64,000 nt of DNA from Terracidiphilus sp. (GTDB lineage Bacteria; Acidobacteriota; Terriglobia; Terriglobales; Acidobacteriaceae). Shown here piece by piece: positions 37,446 to 46,799 of this stretch. The stretch's first letter is position 1. Each line of letters begins with the position of its first letter. The position numbers and the translations under genes were made by a program. Location of the stretch: positions 16,814 to 80,813 of the forward strand of contig DASZLF010000047.1 in NCBI GenBank assembly GCA_035552555.1, read 5' to 3'. The notes below the pieces were generated by a model. It saw only the letters and a program-made list of their open reading frames with translations. It did no database searches and was not told the DNA's origin.

Positions 37446-39950
37446 ATGTCTAAAGATTGCAGCTTATCTCGCGTGCAGTTGCGGTCGTTCCTCTCCGCAA
37501 GAGTTCAAGCTTTCGCATCTTCATTCGGGTTTCGCGCCCTGGCATGGGCATTGCTCTGCGGAATGGCCTCGAGTGTGTTGGCGCAAGCACCTACTGCTGT
37601 TCCGGTGCTTACCTGGCGCTATGACCTGACCCACGCCGGGCAAAACACCAGAGAAACTGCACTCACCCCGGCCAATGTCGCTTCCAACGCTTTCGGCAAG
37701 CTATTTTCCCTTACCGTCGACGACCACGTGTTCGCTCAGCCGCTCTATGTGCCCAATCTCAAAATGAGCGACGGCCAGGTACACAATGTGCTCTTTGTCG
37801 CCACGGAAAACGACTCCATCTACGCCTTCGATGCCGACGCCACAGGTAGTCCCATCTGGCAGGTCAGCATGCTGACCGCAGCGCATGGCGCCGGTCCAGG
37901 GGCAACCCCGGTGCCAGAGAATAAGTACACGAATGGGGAAGATATCGGGCCCAATATCGGCATCACAGGCACGCCTGCCATCAACCCCGCGACCAACACC
38001 ATGTACGTGGTGGCCAACACCGAGGAAAGCGGCCAGTACTTCTCCCGGCTGCATGCCATTAACATAATCACCGGCGCCGAACAGTCGGGCAGCCCGGTAA
38101 AAATCACCGCAACGGTCGCGGGCACTGCGGGCGGCAGCTCCAACGGGCAGGTCACTTTCAGTGCCTTCCAAGAGAATCAGCGCGCTGCGCTGAACTATTA
38201 CAACGGCTATGTTTACATCGCCTACGGGTCGCATGGAGACATTGCCCCGTGGGAAGGGTGGGTGTTTGCCTACAACGCCGCCACCCTGCAACAGACAGCA
38301 GCGATGTGTCTCAGCCCGGACGATAATGGCGGGTCCGTGTGGGGCTCGGGCGCGGGACTGCCCATCGATACGAACGTCTCCGGCGGTCGCATGTTCGTCG
38401 TCACCGGAAATGGCAATCGCACCACTCCGTTCCAGGCCAACTCCGATTACGGCGAGAGCGTGGTCGCTTTCAATCTCGCCAACGGCCAGCTCTCTCCCAC
38501 CGATGAATGGACTGCGTTCAACTGGCAGGCACTCAATAGTGCACCCGACTGGGATCAAGGCTCCGGTGGCGTGCTGATGTTGCCCGACCAGCCGGGCGCC
38601 AACCCGCACCTGATCATCACGGCCGGCAAGGAAGGCCGAATCACCGTATTGAGTCGCGATAAACTCGGCGGTCTGGCGCCGTCCGGGTCGACGTCCAACA
38701 CCAATGCAGTGCAGGACATCACTCTCAGCCAGATTCAGCAAGGGCAAGGCTTCTGGAGCACAGCCGCCTACTGGAATGGAAATGTTTATGTGTGGGCTGG
38801 CGGCGACAACGGTGGCACGCCCAACGCCGGCATGATGTTCAAGATGAATAACGGCGTGGTGGATACCAAGCCCGACAGTGAGACGACCGTCACTTCGGCG
38901 TTCCCTGGGCCTACCTTCTCCATCTCGTCCAATGGAACGCAGAATGGCATCGCCTGGGCAGTAAAGGCCGACCAATTCAACTCGGAGGGACCCGCGGTAT
39001 TGTACGCCTTTGACCCAGATGATCTGGCCAACACTCTCTATGAAAGCGACACAAAATCGAGCGACTCAGCCGGACGCGCCAACAAGTTTTCCGTTCCGGT
39101 TGTAACCAACGGAAAGGTGTACGTAGCCGCCTACCGTGAAGTCGACATCTATGGGCTGCTCGACGCGCAATCGACTACCGCCGCTCCGGTAATCACACCG
39201 GGCGGAGGAACCTATTCCACTGCGCAATCTGTCACGTTGTCGGACACGGATGCGAACGCCGCTATCTACTACACCACCGATGGTTCGACGCCATCGGTAT
39301 CGTCGAACCATTACACCGCGCCAATACAGGTCGCGGCATCAGAAACCATCAAGGCGATCGCCATTGATCCCGCGATGCAGAACAGCAATGTTACTTCCGC
39401 CGCGTATGTCATTCAAACGGGATCATCCAATCCGCCCTTCTCGATGAGTGGCAGCTCGATCACCCTTAGTGCCGGAGGCTCCGGCACTTCCACGATTACG
39501 ATCATGCCAAGCGGAGGATTTACGGGGACAGTCGCCCTGGCGTGCGGGATCACCGCCAGCCCAGCCAATGCGGTGAATTTGCCCACTTGCTCCGTCAGTC
39601 AAGCGCCCGCAATCACAAACTCCCAGGCCGTAACCGCGCAACTGACCATCAACACCACCGCCGCACAGCAGTCCGCATCGCTCCGCGATTCCAAGGCCGC
39701 GCTTGGCGGCGCCTTCACTCTCGCGGCACTCTTCGCCCTGTTCCTGCCCAGGCGACGCCGCACCCGGCAAGCTCTGCTCGGGCTGCTGGTGCTCGCGGGC
39801 CTCGTCGCAGGAGCCGCCGGGTGCAGCATTACGACAGGAAAGATCAACACCATCGGAGCGGGAACAACCAAGGGCACCTACACGGTAACCGTTACCGGCA
39901 CCAATGGCACCATCAAGGAAACAGCTGCGGTTTCGGTGACGATCCAGTAA
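37446..39950 (+). CDS. Surface protein: PQQ-like beta-propeller + CHB_HEX_C + Ig-like domain with C-terminal membrane hairpin
   Basis: GQNTRETALTP, FVATENDSIYAFDAD, KFSVPVVTNGKVYV, IYYTTDGSTP; TM-RRRR-TM-AAGC tail. Confidence 0.85.
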   Translation: MSKDCSLSRVQLRSFLSARVQAFASSFGFRALAWALLCGMASSVLAQAPTAVPVLTWRYDLTHAGQNTRETALTPANVASNAFGKLFSLTVDDHVFAQPLYVPNLKMSDGQVHNVLFVATENDSIYAFDADATGSPIWQVSMLTAAHGAGPGATPVPENKYTNGEDIGPNIGITGTPAINPATNTMYVVANTEESGQYFSRLHAINIITGAEQSGSPVKITATVAGTAGGSSNGQVTFSAFQENQRAALNYYNGYVYIAYGSHGDIAPWEGWVFAYNAATLQQTAAMCLSPDDNGGSVWGSGAGLPIDTNVSGGRMFVVTGNGNRTTPFQANSDYGESVVAFNLANGQLSPTDEWTAFNWQALNSAPDWDQGSGGVLMLPDQPGANPHLIITAGKEGRITVLSRDKLGGLAPSGSTSNTNAVQDITLSQIQQGQGFWSTAAYWNGNVYVWAGGDNGGTPNAGMMFKMNNGVVDTKPDSETTVTSAFPGPTFSISSNGTQNGIAWAVKADQFNSEGPAVLYAFDPDDLANTLYESDTKSSDSAGRANKFSVPVVTNGKVYVAAYREVDIYGLLDAQSTTAAPVITPGGGTYSTAQSVTLSDTDANAAIYYTTDGSTPSVSSNHYTAPIQVAASETIKAIAIDPAMQNSNVTSAAYVIQTGSSNPPFSMSGSSITLSAGGSGTSTITIMPSGGFTGTVALACGITASPANAVNLPTCSVSQAPAITNSQAVTAQLTINTTAAQQSASLRDSKAALGGAFTLAALFALFLPRRRRTRQALLGLLVLAGLVAGAAGCSITTGKINTIGAGTTKGTYTVTVTGTNGTIKETAAVSVTIQ

Positions 39951-39983
39951 AAACGTAGTCTGCCGCCCCTCCATCCAGTGCAC

Positions 39984-40032
39984 AAGGCCCTGACAACAGC
40001 CGTTCGATGAACGGCTGTCGGCAGGGCCTTTT
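39984..40032 (+). terminator. Intrinsic terminator
   Basis: AAGGCCCTG..ACAGCCGTTC-GAT-GAACGGCTGT..CAGGGCCTTTT. Confidence 0.75.
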
Positions 40033-40755
40033 GTCTTGCACCCAGCTCGCCAATACGGGCCCACACCATCGCCCTCCGGCTGCGCCGCCCTCCCCAACGG
40101 ATGGTTTTGTCCCTGCCCAACACATTCTCCGTCAAAGCCTTACAGGCTGAACTTGCCATCGAAGCCGGGCAGGTCTGCCCGCAGCCCGCCGGATCCCATC
40201 TACAACCTTCGCGGTAGAACTGCATTTTCCCGTTGTGATCCTCATCGTCTTGTGGATATACTCACCCCAAATAATCCTCTAGCAGTTCCCGACCTTGGGT
40301 TACTTTCAGCCTGCGGTCTGTTTTGAAGAATGCTCGCACATGCTGATTCGGTTGACTTGTGGGAGAGTGCGTATGGGTAGCTCGTCCTGGTTTGCGACCA
40401 TCAACGGCATTTCAGGTGAACACCTGCTGAAATGCATTTTCGCGAATGGATGCGATGCTGTCGTGTGCGCGTATTTTTAAGTATTTCTTCTGGCGGCCGT
40501 CAATGCGCTGCCGGTAATTGTTGCCTCTCCAGACCACCGGGCGCAGCGCGATTACGCCTAAAACTCTATTCGTTCGTTTAATAGCCTTGAAAGTCAATCA
40601 GTCCGGCAAGCCTGGCGCCAATGTGTCGCAAGACACCGGCGCGACACGCGGACTTACGTCAAAGGCCGCAACAGTTATGATCTCCCATCGATTCTTATCG
40701 GCGGAGCAGGCCTCCCTCCAATTCGTGCTTGCCCGTCCTGACTCGAGGAACGTCT

Positions 40756-42273
40756 ATGAAGATTTTGCTCTCTGCCCTCCTCGCCGCTGCGGCAATCACA
40801 GTCCCGGCGGCAGCCATCACCGTGACCACGCCTGTAAACGGTGCGCAAGTCACCTCTCCCTTCACGCTCATAGCAAGCACCAGTACTTGCGGAGGAGTTC
40901 CCGCGGTTTCCATGGGCTATTCCATCGATTCCGGCTCGGCGATCGTTGAGCCCATATCGTTCACCGCGCAGGTATCCGCACCTACCGGGGCGCATGTCCT
41001 TCACGTGAAGTGCTGGGGTAAGGGCACGAGCGACCAGGTGCTCCTGAACATCACTGTCGGCTCCGCCTCCACCACCACGACCAGCATCATAGTGAGCAGC
41101 CCCGCCAATGGCGCCAAGGTGATTTCTCCCTTTACGCTTGCCGCTTCATCGACGCTTTGTAATTCCACCACTACCCTGTCCATGGGATATTCCATCGACG
41201 GCGGAGCGACTGTCTCCGAACCGCCTTCGTTCAGTACGGCCGTCAGCCGTAACCTCGGCACCCATGCGGTGACGGTGAAATGCTTTGGCCAGAGCACCGG
41301 CAGCCAGGTGCAAATCAGCGTGGACGTGGTCTCCCCGCCCACCGCGGCCACTCCTCTGTTCACCATTCCATCCGGGACCTACAGCACCAAACAGTTGGTA
41401 GGGCTCTCGGATGCAACTCCGGGCGCTATCATCTACTACACCACGGATGGCTCGAGCCCATCGACCTCGTCGCTTCCTTATACCGGCGCAATTTCCGTTG
41501 CGACTTCCATGGTGATTGAGGCCATAGCGGTCGCGCCGGGATATACGAACAGCGGCCTGGCTCGAGCGAGCTACTCTATCGTCCAGCCATCCCAGGCGCC
41601 CATTCCTTCGAATGCAATCGCGGTGAACCAGGTTCAGGCCATGCCCAACTGGAGAATCAAGGACGATCCCGGAACTCCGGGTACTGCGGTGGGGGCCATG
41701 AGTTCGTCGAGCAGTCCGTCGCTGAGCGGGCAGGCGGAACAGTATTACACCACCTTCACCAATGGCGGCGGCGTCCTCTACTCGATCACCTACGACAACG
41801 ATTCCAATGCCACCAATTTTGTTTACGACGCGCACGTCTGGATTGCGGCAGGGAGTACGCTGAGCAATCTGGAGATGGACAATAACCAGGTCATCCCCGA
41901 TGGAGACACCGTAATCTACGCCTTCCAGTGTTCTGGCAACTCGAACACCTGGGAATACACCGAAAACGCTGGAACGCCCACAAGTCCCATCGTCCAGTGG
42001 GTCCGTTCAAGCTCTGCGTGCAACCCCTCCAACTGGTCTACCAACGCATGGCATCACGTGCAGATCAGCTACTCGCGCGATGACGCAGGCAACATTACTT
42101 ATAAGTCGGTGTGGCTTGACGGTGTAGAATCGCCGATCAACGCAACGGTAAACTCGGCATTCACGCTCGGATGGGCCCCAGGAACCCTGGTCGCCAATTT
42201 CCAGGTCGATGGCAAAGGCACAAGCGGATCTTCCACGCTCTACCTCGATGAATTCAGCATCTACCGCTGGTAA
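40756..42273 (+). CDS. Secreted protein: two Ig-like repeats + CHB_HEX_C + beta-sandwich C-terminal domain
   Basis: Signal peptide; repeated P.NGA.V.SPFTL.AS..C...SMGYSID; IYYTTDGSSP; ends FQVDG...RW. Confidence 0.85.
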   Translation: MKILLSALLAAAAITVPAAAITVTTPVNGAQVTSPFTLIASTSTCGGVPAVSMGYSIDSGSAIVEPISFTAQVSAPTGAHVLHVKCWGKGTSDQVLLNITVGSASTTTTSIIVSSPANGAKVISPFTLAASSTLCNSTTTLSMGYSIDGGATVSEPPSFSTAVSRNLGTHAVTVKCFGQSTGSQVQISVDVVSPPTAATPLFTIPSGTYSTKQLVGLSDATPGAIIYYTTDGSSPSTSSLPYTGAISVATSMVIEAIAVAPGYTNSGLARASYSIVQPSQAPIPSNAIAVNQVQAMPNWRIKDDPGTPGTAVGAMSSSSSPSLSGQAEQYYTTFTNGGGVLYSITYDNDSNATNFVYDAHVWIAAGSTLSNLEMDNNQVIPDGDTVIYAFQCSGNSNTWEYTENAGTPTSPIVQWVRSSSACNPSNWSTNAWHHVQISYSRDDAGNITYKSVWLDGVESPINATVNSAFTLGWAPGTLVANFQVDGKGTSGSSTLYLDEFSIYRW

Positions 42274-42348
42274 TTTGTGCATGGGCGCGGCGGCTCAATG
42301 ACGTAGACCCCCGCGCCCATCGCTTCAAGAGTCAAGCAGATCGGGCTC

Positions 42349-42391
42349 GCCCGCGAGGTCAAGGATCGTTGACCTCGCGCGGGTATTTTTT
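42349..42391 (+). terminator. Intrinsic terminator
   Basis: CGCGAGGTCAA/TTGACCTCGCG stem followed by a T tract. Confidence 0.75.
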
Positions 42392-42836
42392 ACTCAATCG
42401 TAGGGAAATTTTTTCTCGATGCATGTAACTATTTCCGGGATGCCCGAAAATCCCAAAAAAATCGATCTACCTGCGAAATAACGCTTTATTTCGGCACACC
42501 GATGTGCAACTATCCCTTCAGAGCTTTAAAAAATAGTTGCCTGGCGGTTAAATTCCTCTCGTAGGTGAAGCGTTGAAGCGGTCGACCGATAGAAATAGCC
42601 GTCCAATCTCTCCTCAAGCTACACAGGATCTGACCGGCATCGTTCGGTGGCATAGCAGCGCGATGACCTTGCCTGCCGAAACGCAAATGAGAGGCTGCTG
42701 AGCCGCTCGATCCGGCGCGTGTTCTTCCTGCGCCCCTCGGACCAGCCCATTCGTGCAGCAGCGCATGTGAAATCCCTGTCGAAAGAGCGAGCAGGGGCAG
42801 GCACAAATCTATATTCAACCGTAAAGGACCTCTGCC

Positions 42837-43871
42837 ATGAGCATCCCCCGCAACCCGGTACTCGCCTGTTTTGGCGTACTCGCGCTTTCCATTCCGGCAC
42901 TCGCCGGAGTCACCGTGAACTCTCCCGTCAACGACACCAGCGTCTCCTCGCCTTTTAAGCTGTCTGCAACCGCGACTTCCTGCTCGTCCGAGAGTGTCGT
43001 TTCCATGGGCTATTCTTTCGATAGCAGCTCCGACACCACTGTCGTGAAAGCGCAATCGATTGATACCTCGGTGTCATCCTCCACCGGCAAACACACGCTG
43101 CATGTCAAAGCGTGGGGCTCCAACAGCTCATGCGTAACGGATGTAGCCATCGATGTCACTTCGAGTACGTCCTCAACTTCCACGACGAGCAGCGAGATTC
43201 CGTCCTATGCGGTGAAGGTCAGCTCCATTGAGTCTCTGAGCGGCTGGAAGGCCACTCACGACAGCGGGGGACCCGGAACTTCGACCGGGTCAATGTCACT
43301 CGTCAGTTCGCCTTCGCTCTATGGAAGTTCACGCCGGTATGTAACCTCGTTCACCAATAGCGGAGATGAGAGGTACTCGGTCTCTTTCGCCGACGACGTG
43401 GATTCAAAGAACTTCTTTTATGATGCCTGGGTCTATTTGACAAGCTCCTCGAGCAAATTGGGCAATCTGGAATTCGACGTGAACCAGGTGATGGCGAATG
43501 GGCAGACCGTTCTGGTCGGAGTACAGTGCGACGGCTATACCGGCCATTGGGCTTACACCGTGAACAAGGGAACAGCCAGCGATGTGAAGCCGAGCTGGGT
43601 CAGCAAGAGCGGAACAAGCTGCAATCCGCGCAGCTGGTCTCAGTACAAGTGGCACCACGTTCAGTTCAGCTTTTATCGGAGCGACTCGGGAACCATCACT
43701 TACCACTCCATCTGGCTCGATGGCGTCGAGAGCACGCTGGATGCCACCGCGTTTGGCGCTGCCGATCTCGGCTGGGGCCCGACCATCATGACTCAGTTCC
43801 AGGTCGACGGATTGGGCTCAAGCGGAACCGTTACTGCCTACGTCGATAATCTGACCATCTCCAGGTGGTAA
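42837..43871 (+). CDS. Secreted paralogue of 40756: one Ig-like repeat + same C-terminal domain
   Basis: SPFKLSATATSC..SMGYSFD; NFFYDAWV, NLEFDVNQV, WHHVQ, FQVDG, ends ISRW. Confidence 0.85.
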   Translation: MSIPRNPVLACFGVLALSIPALAGVTVNSPVNDTSVSSPFKLSATATSCSSESVVSMGYSFDSSSDTTVVKAQSIDTSVSSSTGKHTLHVKAWGSNSSCVTDVAIDVTSSTSSTSTTSSEIPSYAVKVSSIESLSGWKATHDSGGPGTSTGSMSLVSSPSLYGSSRRYVTSFTNSGDERYSVSFADDVDSKNFFYDAWVYLTSSSSKLGNLEFDVNQVMANGQTVLVGVQCDGYTGHWAYTVNKGTASDVKPSWVSKSGTSCNPRSWSQYKWHHVQFSFYRSDSGTITYHSIWLDGVESTLDATAFGAADLGWGPTIMTQFQVDGLGSSGTVTAYVDNLTISRW

Positions 43872-43879
43872 TTCCGTTC

Positions 43880-43912
43880 TTCCGGAGGCCGCTTTCGAGC
43901 GGCCTCCGGGAA
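43880..43912. terminator. Strong hairpin after gene end (TTCG loop)
   Basis: CCGGAGGCCGCT-TTCG-AGCGGCCTCCGG; no T tract. Confidence 0.55.
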
Positions 43913-44244
43913 CGCCCAGTCTGGCTGGCAGCAGGCCGGTAATGCTTCGCCATTGCGCCAGCCCGCACCAGAACCCCGTCATTTTCTCGTTGGCGATTTT
44001 CGCGAAATATGAACAAAAGTTCATTTCAACCGCACGCAAGCTGCATCAAATTGTTCAGGGAACTGTACGCGCTGATCGCCTGATACGTCAACCTTCCAAC
44101 CGTCACATGTCAAAATCCAACGTATCCGGATCGCCCGCTGTTGCAGGCCGGATACCCTTTCAAGAGGACCGAAGTCTACCGACTCCTTGCTCGTATTACT
44201 CCGCATTTGTGACGGTGTAATGCGCGCGGCTACCCGGAAGAGCC

Positions 44245-44478
44245 ATGAGCGAACGAACTCGTAATCCCTTCGTCCTGCGGCATCCCATCTCCCTGGGAGA
44301 TGCCATCGCGGCTTTGTTCCGCGCAAAGCCGAAAAAGACAGCATCAGCGAAAAGCCCATCCGGCTTGGGTCCCGCCTTCCAGCAGGCGGACTCGCCGGCC
44401 CAGCCAATCCCGGCGATCGAAGTCGCGGAGAAATCCCACTCTCCTGCACAAGTCGTCACCATGAACTCAATGCAGTAG
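44245..44478 (+). CDS. Small hypothetical protein (77 aa)
   Basis: GGAAGAG before ATG; fills an otherwise empty gap; no recognised motif. Confidence 0.45.
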   Translation: MSERTRNPFVLRHPISLGDAIAALFRAKPKKTASAKSPSGLGPAFQQADSPAQPIPAIEVAEKSHSPAQVVTMNSMQ

Positions 44479-44653
44479 CTTGGGTCCACGATCCGGCAAA
44501 CAAATCACGTTTTACGCTGTAAATTTGAGCTTTACCGCTTCCTGAGGAACGCTTTGGGAAAGCCAACTCGCGTCGGGGCATGGCCCTTAGCCTGCCCTGA
44601 GCGCGGCATCAATGACTTTCTCGTGAGCTTGGGGACCGCGTTTTCGGACCACG

Positions 44654-45406
44654 TCAGATTTCGATTTTTGAGAAGCGCCAGGCGCCAAAGACCAGCAGGA
44701 TGGCGCCCACGACGACCAGCACCAGGCAGTCGCGATAGGGATCGAATACCGCATAGGCAGGGCCCAGCAGCACGTTGCGCATGCCGTCGATCCCGTAGGC
44801 AAGCGGGTCGGCGCGGGTGATGTATTTCAGCACCACCGGCAGGCCCTTGAGGGGGAAGAGCGCGCCGGAGAGGAAGTAGATGGGCATGACCATGAAGTTC
44901 ATGATGAGCTGAAAGCCCTGCATGTCCTGGAGGCCGGAGCCGATGGCCATGCCCAGCGCAGCGAACAGAAGCGCGATGAGAACCATGAAGCCCAGCGCGA
45001 TCGGAATGGCGATGAGGTGCGTGGGCCGGAAGCCCGCGACGATGCACACCACCATGATGAGCAGGCCCTGGATGCAGGCAACGGTGGCGCCTCCCATGGT
45101 TCGCCCGGCCATGATCTGCAGGCGCGAGACGGGTGCGACCAGGGTTTCCTTGAGAAAACCAAACTGGCGGTCAAAGAGAATGCCGAGGCCGGAAAAGATG
45201 GACGAAAAAAGCACCGCCATGCCGACCACGCCCGGGGCAACGAACTGGAGGTAATTTCCGTTACCGGCACGCTGAAAGACGGGGCCGAGGCCGAAGCCGA
45301 GCACCAGAAGGTAGAGAAGCGGGTTGGCCAGCGACGCCATAATCTGCGCCCGCGAGCGCGTGTAGCGCTTCACTTCTCTCAACCACAAAATGTAGATGAC
45401 GCCCAT
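44654..45406 (-). CDS. ABC-2 exporter permease (DrrB-like)
   Basis: 6 TM; DRQFGFLKETLVAP, FLSGALFP. Confidence 0.92.
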   Translation of the reverse strand: MGVIYILWLREVKRYTRSRAQIMASLANPLLYLLVLGFGLGPVFQRAGNGNYLQFVAPGVVGMAVLFSSIFSGLGILFDRQFGFLKETLVAPVSRLQIMAGRTMGGATVACIQGLLIMVVCIVAGFRPTHLIAIPIALGFMVLIALLFAALGMAIGSGLQDMQGFQLIMNFMVMPIYFLSGALFPLKGLPVVLKYITRADPLAYGIDGMRNVLLGPAYAVFDPYRDCLVLVVVGAILLVFGAWRFSKIEI

Positions 45407-45409
45407 GTG

Positions 45410-46204
45410 CTACCTCCGATTCTGCTGCCACATTTTGGCGAACTGGCGCAATTGGTCGGCGGAGTTGGCCGATTCGTCGCGAATGGTTGAGCCGGTCAGT
45501 TTGAGGAATGCATCTTCCAGCGTCTCCGTGCCGGTCTGCTCCTTGATCTCGCGTGGCGTTCCCTGGGTGACGAGCTTTCCGTGATCGATCACACCGATCC
45601 GGTGAGCGACGCGGTCGGCCTCATCCATGTAGTGAGTGGTGAGAAAGACGGTGACGCGCTCGGCTTCATTCACTTTTTTCACGGTGGACCAGAGCTGGTT
45701 GCGGCTCTGCGGATCGAGGCCCAGCGTGGGCTCGTCGAGGAACAGGATGCGCGGTGTGTGCAGGAATCCGCGGGCGATCTCGAGTCGGCGCTTCATGCCG
45801 CCCGAAAATCTTTTCGCCTGGTCGTTGCGGCGGTCCCAGAGCTCGAACATCTTTAGGAGCTCCTCGGAGCGCTGACGGGCGATCTTGTGCGGAACGTGAT
45901 AAAGCACGCCGTGAATCTGCATGTTCTCCCACGCAGTGAGCTCGCTGTCTAGGCTGGGGTCCTGGAACACGATGCCGAAGCGCTTGCGGACCTCGTTCTG
46001 GTGGGTCTGCGGATTAAGGCCGTCGAGCTCGATGGCGCCGCTGGTGGGCCGAAGGAGCGTGGTGAGCATCTTGATGGTGGTGGTCTTCCCTGCCCCGTTA
46101 GGGCCGAGGAACGCGAAGATTTCGCCGGCGGCAACGTCGAAGGACACGTCGTTGACGGCAGTGAGCTTACCAAAGGTTTTTACAAGATTGCGCACCCGGA
46201 TCAT
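45410..46204 (-). CDS. ABC exporter ATP-binding protein (DrrA-like)
   Basis: GPNGAGKTT, FSGGMKRRLEIARG, DEPTLGLDP. Confidence 0.93.
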   Translation of the reverse strand: MIRVRNLVKTFGKLTAVNDVSFDVAAGEIFAFLGPNGAGKTTTIKMLTTLLRPTSGAIELDGLNPQTHQNEVRKRFGIVFQDPSLDSELTAWENMQIHGVLYHVPHKIARQRSEELLKMFELWDRRNDQAKRFSGGMKRRLEIARGFLHTPRILFLDEPTLGLDPQSRNQLWSTVKKVNEAERVTVFLTTHYMDEADRVAHRIGVIDHGKLVTQGTPREIKEQTGTETLEDAFLKLTGSTIRDESANSADQLRQFAKMWQQNRR

Positions 46205-46322
46205 GAAACGACCTTCCGAACGGCACTGATTCGCGTATCAACGGATTATAACGAGTGCGCATGACATCGGGAGCGCCGCGGATGATACACTTCGCCGACT
46301 GCATTCGAGGACAAAGCTCGTC

Positions 46323-46784
46323 ATGTTCAAGTGGACAATGCGAATTCTCGGCGGCCTTAATGTGCTGGCGGCATTGCTTGGAATTTGGTACGCAGCCACC
46401 ATGATCCAGATGCACTGGGGCAGATGGCCCGGCAATCCAAACCATTCTCAATGGGCCGTGTTTCTGGGACTCAGCGCGATTAGCTTTTTTCTGATTGTCT
46501 ATCTTGCTTATCTCGGAGTGAAGCTGATTAGAGGCGATACAAAAGCCCTTTGGAAAGTGGCCCTGATTCTTGTTGTCGAGATGGTCTACTTCTTCATCCA
46601 GACCACGATCACCTGGCTCATTTTGCCTGAATCCATGTCCAAGATTGCCGTAGGCTTTTATGGGATGGCTGAGGATCCCATTGCTCCGCAAATCGTCACA
46701 GGCTATTCGCTCATCGGATTGATTGCCGCCGTTACGCTCTGGGTGATCGCGCAGCGCCGACCCAGCGAAAGTCGCACCGGATAA
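46323..46784 (+). CDS. Hypothetical membrane protein (about 4 TM)
   Basis: Four hydrophobic segments; GAGG upstream. Confidence 0.7.
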   Translation: MFKWTMRILGGLNVLAALLGIWYAATMIQMHWGRWPGNPNHSQWAVFLGLSAISFFLIVYLAYLGVKLIRGDTKALWKVALILVVEMVYFFIQTTITWLILPESMSKIAVGFYGMAEDPIAPQIVTGYSLIGLIAAVTLWVIAQRRPSESRTG

Positions 46785-46799
46785 GAGATCTGCATAGTC

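Noticed and set aside
40611-40631. Sigma-54 promoter (TGGCGC...TCGC); similar candidate near 42492
   Set aside because: GG-N10-GC spacing not met in either case.
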